Positions 9,821-21,202 of a stretch of DNA of 64,000 nucleotides are shown here, in pieces (position 1 is the first letter of the stretch; each line of letters opens with the position of its first letter). The DNA is from Perkinsela sp. CCAP 1560/9 (Eukaryota > Protista > Euglenozoa: Kinetoplastea), in the NCBI GenBank assembly GCA_965644495.1, contig CBFFSA010000006.1, positions 248,001 to 312,000 on the forward strand, read 5' to 3'. Under the pieces are notes generated by a model. It was not told the origin of the DNA, did no database searches, and saw only the letters and a list, made by a program, of their open reading frames with translations. Made by a program: the position numbers and the translations under genes.

Positions 9821-12067
9821 ATGTTCGCCAGATGGAAACGTATCCTTTTCGCGTTCCCTCCCTCACTCAAAAGGATGAACGGAGCACATTCCGAAGAAAG
9901 CGGACTACACACTCCCCTACACGCGATTGCGAAACGTGGGGATAACTATACACACCTTGAAGCTGCTTATGTTCTTAAATCATTGCGTGATCTTCCTTTA
10001 ATTGGAAAAGCTGAGGAGAAAACAACTAACGGCATTACCCCTACCTCGTCCGGGAGCGACTCGGAGAAAGATTATCTCGAATATCTTCGAAACTCTCTCG
10101 CGGTTGTACGCTCCACTCTCGCCACCAAACCCCCTTCGAGTTACTCCATGACCATCTGGTCCCACTGCGTGCAACCCTGCGAGAACGCGGCCTTTGTCTC
10201 CCAAACCGAGGCCGTGGATGTGCTCACGTCCTTGAATGTCATTGGTGCGACCTCGCTGCTCATCGCCCTGGCACGGCTCGGAGTCAACGACGAGTCCCTG
10301 CTGGCACGTATCGTCGAGACTTTTAAAAAGTATCCCCATCAGCTCTCCGCACACAACATTTCGAATGCACTCAACTCTATGAGTAAACTTGAGTTCGCCC
10401 ATCAAGAGACTCTGGACGTGCTGTGCCGGGAGGGGAGAATACGAAAAAAGGATTTCACCCCACAAGGTATTGCGACCTCTCTGAATGCACTCTCACATGT
10501 TTCAATACCTCTCGCGAAGGAGGAGTTTATAGGAGCGCTGAAAGAACACACGCGAGAGACCTGTGGGAAATTTACAGGTCAAACCTCTGCGATCGTGCTG
10601 GGTGCGCTGTACCGTCTAGGAGCCGGTAAAGCCGATCGCACGGTACAGAAAGTGTTATCCCTTGCGCCACGCAGTATCCCAGGAATGGATGCTCACAGTA
10701 TTGCCTCTATTGCGCGTACGTTATCCCAATATGAAATAACAGACCCCAAATTATTTTCGCGCATCGTAAAGCGAGCCATTGAACGTATTCATGATTTCCC
10801 TCCCCAGGGGATTGTGTTTTTATTACGATTCGCTTCGGATTATGCAAATGTCGCAGAAGTTGCCACCGAACGTTCAGCTTTGCTTAATGCCTTGGTGCTA
10901 CAAATTATGCGACAGGTTCCTTCGTATAACTGTGTGAGTGTCACGGCCTCGTTGCAAGGGTTAGCAAAATGCGGAATGGTTTCAGAGGAGGCCGTCGCCC
11001 ACGCGTTGTTTACCCGAGCGATGGAGTTGCTGGAAAAAGCGTCGGAACAACAGCCCAGTAAGTTTGTCACGGACTGTGCAATTTTTGGCGGACAATCGCT
11101 CGGCATGCTGTTCGCGGGGCTGCATGATTTTCAGTACGCCAATGAGAAGTTAAGTATTGCCGCAGTTGCGCTTGCAAAGCGTTGGCTGGGGTGGTATGAG
11201 AGTGACACGGCGGTGCACCTGTTGTGGGGGCTGTCGATGATGGATCAAATTCCCGAGGCACGAGCCGAGTTAATCTCTTTAATTTATGAAAAAATTGCTC
11301 GCGAGCTGTCGTCTAAAAGCGGGAAAATGCTCTCCTCCGTGGTCACCTCCTATGAGCGGGTGGGGCTTGCCGATGAGACGTTTCTGGAGGCAATGATAGA
11401 TGCCATCAAGAGCCAGGCTGCGAGGCTAGAGCCGTATCACCTTTCTTTGATACTTACAAGTTTATATCGAATGGGATACACCGAAGTGCGGGAGCTGACA
11501 GCGCATTGCATTGCGAGTTTCTCGCTCAAGCCCCAGGAGAAGGGGAGTACCTCCCTGGTACGTTTGTTAAACATGGCAGTAGTCACGGAGATTGATATCC
11601 TACCCACCCGTTTAAACGAGCTGATCGCTCTGATTGTGCTGCAGCTTTCCCACATGTCCTGCTTTGAGATCAGTCACGCACTGCACTTTGCGAAAGTGTT
11701 TGTGCCTCTGGAGGATACCTCTCTAGCGTTGCTCTCGGAAGCGGCCAGTGCAAGGCTGCTAGAGGCACTAGGTTACGGGCTAACGTGGCCTATTGCACAA
11801 CGCTTATTGGAGTTCTACAGCTCCACGCACACTTGTCCGCCGAGTTTATTAAATAAGCTCGCAAAAAATCTCTGTAATATAGAAATTAAGAGCGTGAAAT
11901 CAGTTACGCGCACGGTTGCTGTGCTGAAGATCTTAGGAGAGCTTAGAACGAAAGATGAAACGTTTACCGAATTAGTAAAAAAGGCTTTGCTATGTGCCAA
12001 GAAATTTGGTGTCAGGGATGCTTTACCCGTACTCGAGTCTTTAGTTCCCGAATTTTCGGCCGAGTAA
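9821..12067 (+). CDS. Helical-repeat, probably mitochondrial RNA-binding protein (FASTK/OPR/RESC-like)
   Basis: ~37-aa repeats LSAHNISNALNSMSKL, FTPQGIATSLNAL, FPPQGIV; basic-hydrophobic N-terminus. Confidence 0.6.
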   Translation: MFARWKRILFAFPPSLKRMNGAHSEESGLHTPLHAIAKRGDNYTHLEAAYVLKSLRDLPLIGKAEEKTTNGITPTSSGSDSEKDYLEYLRNSLAVVRSTLATKPPSSYSMTIWSHCVQPCENAAFVSQTEAVDVLTSLNVIGATSLLIALARLGVNDESLLARIVETFKKYPHQLSAHNISNALNSMSKLEFAHQETLDVLCREGRIRKKDFTPQGIATSLNALSHVSIPLAKEEFIGALKEHTRETCGKFTGQTSAIVLGALYRLGAGKADRTVQKVLSLAPRSIPGMDAHSIASIARTLSQYEITDPKLFSRIVKRAIERIHDFPPQGIVFLLRFASDYANVAEVATERSALLNALVLQIMRQVPSYNCVSVTASLQGLAKCGMVSEEAVAHALFTRAMELLEKASEQQPSKFVTDCAIFGGQSLGMLFAGLHDFQYANEKLSIAAVALAKRWLGWYESDTAVHLLWGLSMMDQIPEARAELISLIYEKIARELSSKSGKMLSSVVTSYERVGLADETFLEAMIDAIKSQAARLEPYHLSLILTSLYRMGYTEVRELTAHCIASFSLKPQEKGSTSLVRLLNMAVVTEIDILPTRLNELIALIVLQLSHMSCFEISHALHFAKVFVPLEDTSLALLSEAASARLLEALGYGLTWPIAQRLLEFYSSTHTCPPSLLNKLAKNLCNIEIKSVKSVTRTVAVLKILGELRTKDETFTELVKKALLCAKKFGVRDALPVLESLVPEFSAE

Positions 12068-12314
12068 TTCAGGATATTTTAAAAGTTTGTAGATGTTATA
12101 CACCTCAGTAGCATTTTAATTTTTAGCCCCTTTTTCGAGAGTTTAAAATATTTAATTGTTGTAAACTGAAAGTTATTATCAAGCTATTCCAAGGTTATGC
12201 TACACATTACAAAAACTTTTGAACTCTACGAAAATTTTCTCCCTAATCTACGCCGAAGACTATACGCTTCGTTCTATTATTTCCCTAATATTTATTGTAG
12301 TATCTCCATTTTCA

Positions 12315-15300
12315 ATGGTCGACGCTAAGAAGAAGAGAAAAATACTCAATGCTCGCCGGGGTTTAAGTCACGACCAGACTTCCTTTTCAACAAGCGACGA
12401 GGACAATGAAAGTCAACAACTCGACGAAAATTCTTCACGAAAGCGAGGGAAAAAAGTGTCCATGTCATTCTTCTTGCAGTGTTGCGCCCACTTTAGTGAC
12501 TCTTTGTCTCGGCACTCCAAAAAGGTACTAGAAAAGAACTTAGAGTTTGCACAGGAAAACATACACAAAAACGGTCAAGAGATAGCTATTGCCGTTTTAG
12601 GTCGTATTATAGAATCTGGCCCTGGTCGTGATCGACTTGGGGCTTGGTACCTTCTTGACGTCCTACTAAAAAAGGAGACGACTCAGTATCCTATTGCGAA
12701 AAAAATACTGCCGGTGATCCAAGATGTGATACGGTATCGCTTTGACATAGGAGATGATGATTTCGGAGCCAAATACAACACCTTACTTTCGTCATGGCGC
12801 GCACTCCTTGAGCCATCAATATATGCAGCTTGGTATGATGCTACACGATATGCTATGAAGCACCATGGCGAGCAGCTTGCCCTTTCAGAAGAAGTTCGCC
12901 GTTTCTTATTCTTACATAAGGCATACGTTGTAGAGCAACTTCGACGACTCCGACAGCCGGCTAAAGTGAGATGGGCCATTGGCATTTACGAAATATACGG
13001 CCTTAAATTTAGTGAAAAAGAGAATGAACCGGAGTTGCTGGAAACCCTGAACCAGAAGAAAGCGTTGGTAGAGGCGGAGGAACTGCGAAGAGCACATGCA
13101 ACTCTAAAAAGCGTTAGATTTTGCGCGAATTGTCGTGTCCCAGGACACAGGATTGGAAAATGCCCGGAACACTTTTGCAATTTATGTTTGTCTATTGGAC
13201 ATGCAATTGAAAATTGCACAACACAACATAAGTGTCCCTACTGCCAGCAGACGCTTCATCCATCCCTTGAAATGAAAACTGGGAAAGCAAAGCTTTTTAA
13301 GCATGTCCGAGAGGGTTGTGCGAACCAAACGACGTTCGCGATAGAAACTTTGCAGAAACTTGGCTTCCCGTGGAAGAAATATGTAATGAAACAATCCACT
13401 TTATTGGATGAGGTAATTAAAAAGATTCGCCAAGACCGAACTATGGAGGAGGGTCTCCGGAAAGATGCACTAAATCAATCAGCTCTCATTCTCCACAGTT
13501 TTGGGATTTTGCGGCGTCATGGTAGCCTCGAATTCTTGGAGGAAGCAAGGGATCCAATCATGTTTCTTGTTTCCAATCCTCCGCTGTGTACTCTGACTGA
13601 GGTGGAGGAAAGCGGAACTACAGCCATGATAGATGTACGTTTGACAGAGTGCGCTTCGAATCGTGAATTGCTCCGTATGCTATCTAATCGTTACAAACAA
13701 GTCATAGAGAATCTTCTTTTTTATGTGGCACATGACTCACTCACTACCGCAGATGTGGAAGCTATTGAAACTACAAAACGTTTTCAATTGTATTTGGGCT
13801 ATGCCAATCCGAAAAATGCAAAAACGTTTGACGCATATGTTGAGGCACTCTCACGTCAAGGCATCCGTCCAGAACAACTTCGAGAGGCTTTAACACGAAC
13901 CCATGCCCTCTCGGATAATCTCTGCATTCATTGCCTGAGTCGCGTTCATTTCAGTACGGATTGTCCATCACGAGTACAGGACGAACTTCGCTATGATCAG
14001 CGACTCGCGGTGAACTGTCTCACCCGTTTTGGCTGGCAGACCGAACATCAACCGAACCTGGAGAAATGGAACCGAAAAATACAACAATCAAGTGATATCT
14101 TGAGCCCCTCCCAAACCGTTGAACTTTCTATGGCAACATCAATAGTGACTGATCCACTGGATCCCGTACCCTACTGTACGGAGTGCAGAATGTATCGTCA
14201 TTCAGAATCACGATGCCATAAACGTGCACTGCAATTCCTTGAATCACATGACATTCGTCTTTGTGAAATTCTGTTCTTTCCTTGGAAGGTGTCGGAAATG
14301 CTAGAAAAATGGTATGACCGTGACAAGGAACTCTGGGAAAGAATGTACACTGCCGTAGAGCTCTATGTTCCGGAAAAAGAGCCAAACGCCTTTATTGTGG
14401 CAGCCGAACTTTTAGACGCATGTGGTCTCAAGTTACAAACGATTCAATACTACTTGTCTAGTGTAGAGCGCGCATTGCATCATCCTGGGCTATTGGATGT
14501 CCTGTCCGGGACGTACCTTAACGCAACCGGTAAGAAGCTTACCCTTCCGTCCCTGAAATACGCCTTTAGTGTAGTCACTTCATCTGGTTTCCCAACGTTG
14601 TGTTACGCTTGTGGTGATGTTGGTCATCAAGTCGACGGCTGCCCCCAACCACCACGGTACATGAAGCATCTCATCCAACGAGCTCGGGAAGTGGCACGCC
14701 ACAGTGTCCAGCTTTTAGAACGCTGCATTCGTCGGGATACCACGGGAGCAAAAGAAACAATGCCCGAGGACACACGCCGCGCAGTAGAAGACCTTTTTGC
14801 CTGTGTCCAGAATCTGCGACCCACGGCTGAGGTTCTGATCTACGGCACTCATCACATGGAGGATTTACAGGAGGCATTCTTTGTCCTACGATCCCACGGT
14901 CTTACCTGGGAGGATGTTATCAACGACGATCCCTGTGTGCATTCTCTGCTTCGTACACTCTATCACAACCGCAGCTCGCACCTTCGTGACGTTGAACAGG
15001 CGCTTGACGTTCTGCGCCACTGCCCCAACCGTCCCCCATTTTGTACACACTGTCAACATGTGGGCCACCTCCCCACGTCATGTCCTCTTTTGCAACCCCC
15101 ACCCCTCGAGCCCATCGTCCGCAGCATGGACAAAGCTCTTGAAGCTCTTCCCCTCACTGTCGATGAAATCTACGAAAGCACCCCTGAAGCCGTCTACCAA
15201 ATCCAGAAAAACGCTCGCAAGACTGCAATGAAAACCATGTCTGCCTTCCCCCCGACCCTTCAACACGCCATGGCCGCACAACAGGCTTTACTCCAGGAAA

Positions 15301-15896
15301 ATCTCCTCCAACACGTTTGCAAACTCGATCGTGAAAGTGTCCTCCTTTCCCCTTCCTCGAACAATACAACAACAACAACAAAAGAACCACAATGCACAAA
15401 GCGCCCTTTGTTGCGTCTCCCTCTCTCCCTCTCTCACTACCAAACGGCAATGCGCGAACTCACCTCTCACCAAACCCTCTCCCCCTCTCGAGTCATACTG
15501 TGTCCCTGGCTGGTGCTTCCGGGTCTAACGCGTCTCACACCCCCAAACAGCGAATCCTCGTTTTCTCCTTTTTCTCCTTTTTCTTTTTTTTCTCCTTCTC
15601 TTTCCTTAAACCTTATCCCTTCACTTTCCATCTTATTCCATGCCCGGGGCTGTTCCCGGGACCCGGAGCAGGCGAGGCTGCTGCTTCACCTCTGCGGGGT
15701 CCTGGGGAGCTACCCCGTGATCTCGTTGATCCGCGGGAGGTATGCCACCGACAGGGAGGTGGTACGGGAGGCCGAGGCGACCCTGCGTCAGGGGTTTCCC
15801 GGGGTGGGGCACCCCGCAAGGCGACTGGCGTTTGAGGCCGTCCATTTGCTGTATAGGAAAATGGGGGGAGTGGAGGAAGCGGGGGGGGGGGAGTGA
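12315..15896 (+). CDS. Large protein with CID-like N-terminal domain and six CCHC zinc knuckles
   Basis: RLGAWYLLDVLLK (CID-like); six Cx2Cx4Hx4C motifs; first ATG at 12315. Confidence 0.75.
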   Translation: MVDAKKKRKILNARRGLSHDQTSFSTSDEDNESQQLDENSSRKRGKKVSMSFFLQCCAHFSDSLSRHSKKVLEKNLEFAQENIHKNGQEIAIAVLGRIIESGPGRDRLGAWYLLDVLLKKETTQYPIAKKILPVIQDVIRYRFDIGDDDFGAKYNTLLSSWRALLEPSIYAAWYDATRYAMKHHGEQLALSEEVRRFLFLHKAYVVEQLRRLRQPAKVRWAIGIYEIYGLKFSEKENEPELLETLNQKKALVEAEELRRAHATLKSVRFCANCRVPGHRIGKCPEHFCNLCLSIGHAIENCTTQHKCPYCQQTLHPSLEMKTGKAKLFKHVREGCANQTTFAIETLQKLGFPWKKYVMKQSTLLDEVIKKIRQDRTMEEGLRKDALNQSALILHSFGILRRHGSLEFLEEARDPIMFLVSNPPLCTLTEVEESGTTAMIDVRLTECASNRELLRMLSNRYKQVIENLLFYVAHDSLTTADVEAIETTKRFQLYLGYANPKNAKTFDAYVEALSRQGIRPEQLREALTRTHALSDNLCIHCLSRVHFSTDCPSRVQDELRYDQRLAVNCLTRFGWQTEHQPNLEKWNRKIQQSSDILSPSQTVELSMATSIVTDPLDPVPYCTECRMYRHSESRCHKRALQFLESHDIRLCEILFFPWKVSEMLEKWYDRDKELWERMYTAVELYVPEKEPNAFIVAAELLDACGLKLQTIQYYLSSVERALHHPGLLDVLSGTYLNATGKKLTLPSLKYAFSVVTSSGFPTLCYACGDVGHQVDGCPQPPRYMKHLIQRAREVARHSVQLLERCIRRDTTGAKETMPEDTRRAVEDLFACVQNLRPTAEVLIYGTHHMEDLQEAFFVLRSHGLTWEDVINDDPCVHSLLRTLYHNRSSHLRDVEQALDVLRHCPNRPPFCTHCQHVGHLPTSCPLLQPPPLEPIVRSMDKALEALPLTVDEIYESTPEAVYQIQKNARKTAMKTMSAFPPTLQHAMAAQQALLQENLLQHVCKLDRESVLLSPSSNNTTTTTKEPQCTKRPLLRLPLSLSHYQTAMRELTSHQTLSPSRVILCPWLVLPGLTRLTPPNSESSFSPFSPFSFFSPSLSLNLIPSLSILFHARGCSRDPEQARLLLHLCGVLGSYPVISLIRGRYATDREVVREAEATLRQGFPGVGHPARRLAFEAVHLLYRKMGGVEEAGGGE

Positions 15897-16234
15897 AGGA
15901 GGTAAGAGGGTGATGGGGTTCCGGCAGGGAAAGGGGTAGAGAGGGATTCGGGGGGGGGGGGTAGAAACGGGGAATGGGATGGGTTAGTCTATGTTTACGG
16001 GAGGGGGATATGGATGGGATACAATCAAGCCTGTGGGATTTCGCAATTCTTTTTTTCAAAGGGGGGATTTGTACTCCCCTTTTCACCTTAAACTTTACTC
16101 ACACTGTTCTTACCCTAGTTTATAAAAATTGCCGAGCAAACATCACTATCCTCCAGTACAAAATACATTGTTTTATAGTAAAAGAAGAAGATAGCTACAC
16201 AACGCGAGCCCTCTTTTTCTTCCGTTTCCCTCCC

Positions 16235-16876
16235 ATGCAACCCACCTTCCCTCTCTTCACCCTCTCCTCCACCCCCATCCTCTCCCGCGCCCCCTCCCGT
16301 CCCAACACCGTCTGGGGGCTCAAGCCCCAGTCCTGGACGGATTTCGCGTGCCCGACACGTCTCGTGAACTGGGGCAAGCAATCCACCCCGGACTACAACG
16401 TGCGGATCGCCGAGCACGGCTTCGGGTCCTCCCCCAGCTTCGAGGGGCTCGCGGTGCTCCCGCAGGAGTTTGCCTCCCGCTTCGGGATGCTCAAAGACTC
16501 CCCCCACGGGCTACGGTTCTGCACGAACGAGACCATGGCGCTCCGGGTGTGTATGGCACAGCGGGGGGAGTGTGACGCCCAGCACAGTGCGTTAAACTCC
16601 TGTCTCCAGCGTGTCCGACCGCTGCGGAACGCCATACGAAGTGCCAAGGCGGATTACGAGGACTGGTTCCTCGCGAATACCAGTGATAATTACACCAAAC
16701 CGCTGATGCATCGTCCACAGGACTGGATGGCACAGCGTGCCGCGGAGTTTCGTACCATGCGGCACAGGACGGGGTCGCTGACGTGGCAGCGGTACCCGAA
16801 GACGTTTAAGTGGTTGTCGTACCGCACCCGGGAGGCAGGATTTAGCAAGAGAGCACGGTACCCGTGTAATGCGTAG
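16235..16876 (+). CDS. Twin-CX9C mitochondrial protein, possibly mitoribosomal mS37-like
   Basis: CTNETMALRVC...CDAQHSALNSC; basic protein; ATG at 16235 after a pyrimidine tract. Confidence 0.55.
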   Translation: MQPTFPLFTLSSTPILSRAPSRPNTVWGLKPQSWTDFACPTRLVNWGKQSTPDYNVRIAEHGFGSSPSFEGLAVLPQEFASRFGMLKDSPHGLRFCTNETMALRVCMAQRGECDAQHSALNSCLQRVRPLRNAIRSAKADYEDWFLANTSDNYTKPLMHRPQDWMAQRAAEFRTMRHRTGSLTWQRYPKTFKWLSYRTREAGFSKRARYPCNA

Positions 16877-17134
16877 GGCTCCTGGGTTGTTAGACGAAAA
16901 TATCGCAAAATGTACCCCGTCGGTGTGTGAAAACAGGTCAAGAATCAGAATTATCTGCATGTGCATAGTGTAAGAGCCAGATCATTTTTATGATGTGTGT
17001 GCAGTGTAAATGATAATTGAGATACGCGAGCAAAAGAAAATAAGGCAAAAAATCATGCCAAACCTGATCAATGAATCATGATTGAAACACTTCATCTGTC
17101 AAACACATGTTTCCCCTAACTTTTTTTACTTGCA

Positions 17135-17776
17135 ATGACAACCTCAGCTTCCTCTTCCCTACCCCGTCCTGCTTCACGCGACGCTAATTTCGATTGTAAC
17201 ATTTGTCTCGACCCTGCGAGTGACCCCGTGGTGACGCGCTGTGGTCATCTCTACTGCTGGCGGTGTCTCGCCTCGTGGCTGACACGGCAGTCGGACTGTC
17301 CGGTGTGTAAAGGGGCTGTGCGGGTTCACGAGTGTGTGCCGTTGTATGGGCGAGGGAGAGAACGGGGCCATTTGCCTCCCCATGCCTTTCACCATGATCA
17401 CCCAAGTACGGACCCCGGAAGCAGCCGTCATGGAGAAAATAATGCAGATAATGCGGAAGCTCCACCGGTACACGAGGACCGACCACAAGGGTTTCGTCGT
17501 CCGCCGATTCGGCAGAGATTTCGACCCGAGATATTTGGTGGATGGGGTGACGAAAACGGATTGGGGAGGCCGCTCCACGGGGGGCTGGCAGGGTTTACGT
17601 TCTTCTTCCTACCCTCCGTTTCGTGGCTAAGCTTTTTGCTGCTATTGGGGCTAGGATGGCAGTATTATGTACGTCACAGAGCAGGGCGGATGCACCGTGG
17701 TTGGATCGTGGCGGGTATGGTACTCGCTTTTCTGCTGTTGATGTGCTTGATCTGGTTAACGGAGTTTGACGAGTAG
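17135..17776 (+). CDS. RNF5/RMA1-like membrane RING E3 ligase
   Basis: [33 protein letters not shown]; C-terminal hydrophobic helices. Confidence 0.9.
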   Translation: MTTSASSSLPRPASRDANFDCNICLDPASDPVVTRCGHLYCWRCLASWLTRQSDCPVCKGAVRVHECVPLYGRGRERGHLPPHAFHHDHPSTDPGSSRHGENNADNAEAPPVHEDRPQGFRRPPIRQRFRPEIFGGWGDENGLGRPLHGGLAGFTFFFLPSVSWLSFLLLLGLGWQYYVRHRAGRMHRGWIVAGMVLAFLLLMCLIWLTEFDE

Positions 17777-18304
17777 GGAACTTGTAAATAGAACGAAATT
17801 GGGATGTCTTTGATGTGTACAAAGAGTCAGTCACCGTTTACATCATCTCGTCTTAACTTGTATCGGCGGCGATGAAGATCTCACATCGTTTGCCGTGGTT
17901 TCACCTTTTCTCAGTTAAACTGAGATGCTCCGGAAGCGCGCATTGTTTCTTTTCCAGAAACCTATTTGAAACCTGTTTGGTAACTCGATTCACACTTTCA
18001 AACTTTTGACCAGAGGTACGACGGCTACCTCGCTCGGTAAGCAGCAAAAAGTACTATTTTGAAAAACCAAGGAGACTGTTCATGTCTTCATTGGTATGAA
18101 TTGGCATGAGTACATGTTTTCGCTTTTTGCTAGCCATGTTTTTGCTTTTTACTCCACTGTCCTTTTTAGTAAAACTGTATGTCCGCGTTTACTGAAAAAT
18201 ATAGCCGAGTTTGTAATTTCTACACTCAAAAACGTATTCGATTCAAATTTAAGCGTTTACTTTAATAGTTAACGTGTTGTCTTTGTCGCGCACGTTTCTC
18301 CAAA

Positions 18305-20893
18305 ATGACCGATCACACCCCAGACTCCAGTTCCCAAAAGAGTACCCCACTTTGGAACTCCAGCACAAGTACGAAATGCTCTTGTTGCAGTGAATTTGTG
18401 TGCCGAAATCAACGCAGCATCCCACGTAAGGAATCGATTCGTCAAGCACTCAAGGATCTTGAACTACACACCTCACACTATGCGATTCGACAAAAGACTC
18501 TTCTACGGCGTTGCGTCGACGAAGAAAGTCAAATCCGAGATCGTATGCTAAAAGCCACTGGGGCCTTTTTTGAAAAAGCGCACAAGATGAAACATACGGA
18601 TGAATTGCTTGTATCCAAAGTCGTTGAGGTAGAGACCTTGTTTAGGGATGAAATCATGCTCCGATTTGTTCAGAATTTGGAGAACGTGTGGATTCACTTT
18701 TCAAAAAAGCACTATGAGGCCATAATGAGAGAGAAATCTAGGAAGTTTCGGGTTCAAACGATACTAGAAGAAAGATCTGCTTTTGAAGGACTACTGGGAG
18801 CGCATCAGCAGAGAAAAGCAATCCTTAGTCTCCTTGAGGTTGAAAAATTAGCTCGTCAATCCATTGATGACGCGGAAGCAGATGAATATTGCGACCTCTC
18901 AAGCGCATTCCTTCAAATAAAGTCACTTTACGCGAAAATTCCCGAAGCTACATCAGAAGAGATAGTTCGACGTCACGAAATTGTGAAAGAAGAGGACAAG
19001 CTTAGACAATTGTGGGGACAGGAATTTCATCGTCGCAAGCTTCACATCGAGCAAATAGCTGTACGTCATCGCGAAGAGAGATCTACCTGTGAATGGCTCT
19101 ATGTTAATCAGCGTACAATCATCGAGCGCGAGGCACACCGCTTTTTCGAACGGTGCATTGTTGATTTTGCAGCTGAAAAGAGTTTAATTCTGGAACGCGC
19201 CGAGGATTTTCGAAAAATGCGAAAGGAGCTCGTGCAGCTAGAAAATCAGCACAGGAAAAGTATTGCCGAAGAAGAACACGAAGCAGTCAGCACATTAAAT
19301 CGCTTATTCAGTGTAGAAACGGAGAACGTGTGGAAACAGCTTGTGGAACGTGCAGCAAGGCACAAAGGTCAACGCGGCGTACTCGAAGCAGTAGAACAAG
19401 AAGGTCGTGCGCTAGTACTCGACGAAATGCATTTAGAGCATAAGTTTATCGAAGAGTGTATCTTGCCATGTTCACGGGATCTTATTCCCCTGTACTGCCA
19501 AATTAAAAAATTGCTCTTTACATCCTCGTGGGCCGCCTTCGTCTGTAGTACACATTTGGATCTTCCGCTGCAACACTTTGCTGCAAGTTTATCCGAATTG
19601 AAATTACTCGAACAAAAAGAGCGCGAACTCACACAGCAGCGTATAATCCAGCGAGCAAACGCTAGGCTCAGTTTGTTTGAGGAAGAGGCCAAGGTACGAG
19701 AGCAGCTAATGAAAGAGTGGGAATGGCATCACTGCAATCTGCTACACAACGAGCAAACTGTGAGAGACATGCTGCGTGAGGCTGCGGCTACACGTGTCAC
19801 TTTCATTGCATTGGAGTTCGAGCATCGCAAGGAACTTGTTAAATTTGAATGTGACTCCTTCACTTCCATAATGGAGGAAATGCTTCTCGATGCATTGCAT
19901 CGCAAAGAATGGTTGAAGGAATGGGCAGATAAGGTTTGTACAGTATCAGACGCCTACCACTCGCAACATGGCGAATTTGCAAAGTCAATTTATGAAAAGT
20001 ATGAGTTACTGCTGCAAACAGAGAAAAACGACCGAGAAGAAACTTTGCACAAATTATTTATAAAAGAGTGCAGCGCCGCGAAAATGAGCTTAGCCACGGA
20101 AGAGCATGTCAACCGCTCTGGTCTAATACAGTCGAGCGAAAAAGCTATCCAAGAACTATTCGAAGGATTAGCTGCGGCGATTCGTCAAGAAATCGAGCTT
20201 CTCTACAAGCGACATTGTGCTGAGCAGGAGGAGTTTTTACTCTACGAGGGGACGTTGCGACAAAAGGTACGGATTAGTCAAGAAAAAGAATGGAAAGCTA
20301 TACGCCACGATGCGACTACTCAACAAGAAAAGGTGAAGGCGTTGGAGTGGGAACGCCGACGAAACGAAATCATGACTCGATTGGCAGAGCAACCTCGAGC
20401 AGAACACAACCATGAGGAAGATATTTACGTTCCTCGAATCCTCACCGAGTCGCATCAAATACTCATGGATCAGTGCTCGTTGTCTCGCCCAGATGCGGAG
20501 GATATGGAGGATGAGGTGGCGCATTATATTGTAGTACTCTTGCAGCGCGCACGGAATTTCGAAAAAGATGCGAAGTCGCGCCGTGATACCCTCCAGCAGC
20601 AGTGTGAACAGCTCCGACGTGAGATTCAAAGCGTCAGTGCAATGCAAATGGAGCAGTTGGAGACCACACGGAAAGCAGAAGAACAGTCGATACTTTTAAG
20701 AGAGCGCTCGGAAGCACGACTGGATGCTGCATACGGAAACAAAAAAAAACAAGAGCAGCAGATCACTGTGGAAGAAAACCTACGGGCGGAGACCAATAGG
20801 AAATTACAAACTTTGAGATCGGAGCTGGAGGATAAAAAGGCTGAAAAGCATCAATCGATAATGAGGGTAGTTCGAGGGAAATCCGTAAAATAA
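18305..20893 (+). CDS. Coiled-coil hypothetical protein
   Basis: 862-aa ORF, E/R/K-rich with repeated EExxR. Confidence 0.8.
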   Translation: MTDHTPDSSSQKSTPLWNSSTSTKCSCCSEFVCRNQRSIPRKESIRQALKDLELHTSHYAIRQKTLLRRCVDEESQIRDRMLKATGAFFEKAHKMKHTDELLVSKVVEVETLFRDEIMLRFVQNLENVWIHFSKKHYEAIMREKSRKFRVQTILEERSAFEGLLGAHQQRKAILSLLEVEKLARQSIDDAEADEYCDLSSAFLQIKSLYAKIPEATSEEIVRRHEIVKEEDKLRQLWGQEFHRRKLHIEQIAVRHREERSTCEWLYVNQRTIIEREAHRFFERCIVDFAAEKSLILERAEDFRKMRKELVQLENQHRKSIAEEEHEAVSTLNRLFSVETENVWKQLVERAARHKGQRGVLEAVEQEGRALVLDEMHLEHKFIEECILPCSRDLIPLYCQIKKLLFTSSWAAFVCSTHLDLPLQHFAASLSELKLLEQKERELTQQRIIQRANARLSLFEEEAKVREQLMKEWEWHHCNLLHNEQTVRDMLREAAATRVTFIALEFEHRKELVKFECDSFTSIMEEMLLDALHRKEWLKEWADKVCTVSDAYHSQHGEFAKSIYEKYELLLQTEKNDREETLHKLFIKECSAAKMSLATEEHVNRSGLIQSSEKAIQELFEGLAAAIRQEIELLYKRHCAEQEEFLLYEGTLRQKVRISQEKEWKAIRHDATTQQEKVKALEWERRRNEIMTRLAEQPRAEHNHEEDIYVPRILTESHQILMDQCSLSRPDAEDMEDEVAHYIVVLLQRARNFEKDAKSRRDTLQQQCEQLRREIQSVSAMQMEQLETTRKAEEQSILLRERSEARLDAAYGNKKKQEQQITVEENLRAETNRKLQTLRSELEDKKAEKHQSIMRVVRGKSVK

Positions 20894-21202
20894 CATTATT
20901 CCTGTTGAATAACTAAACTTCTCGTCACGTTTCTGAAAGAAATAGATTACTATCCATCTAGATACAGTTTGGTCCCACTTTCCTTAGATTACTTGTCATA
21001 GATGAAAACAGGGGTGTATTTATTCGTGTAATGCAATACAATACAAAGGAAATATTTTGACTAACACGCTACACGTGTACTAACCACACTTTACTTGAGT
21101 GTACGACAGATTTTTCGTGAGTTGGTTCTAAAAAAATAGTTTCTTTAGTTAGTACCTACTGCATTAGAAAACGTACCCCCTTCATGCGTGCATTTCAATC
21201 CT

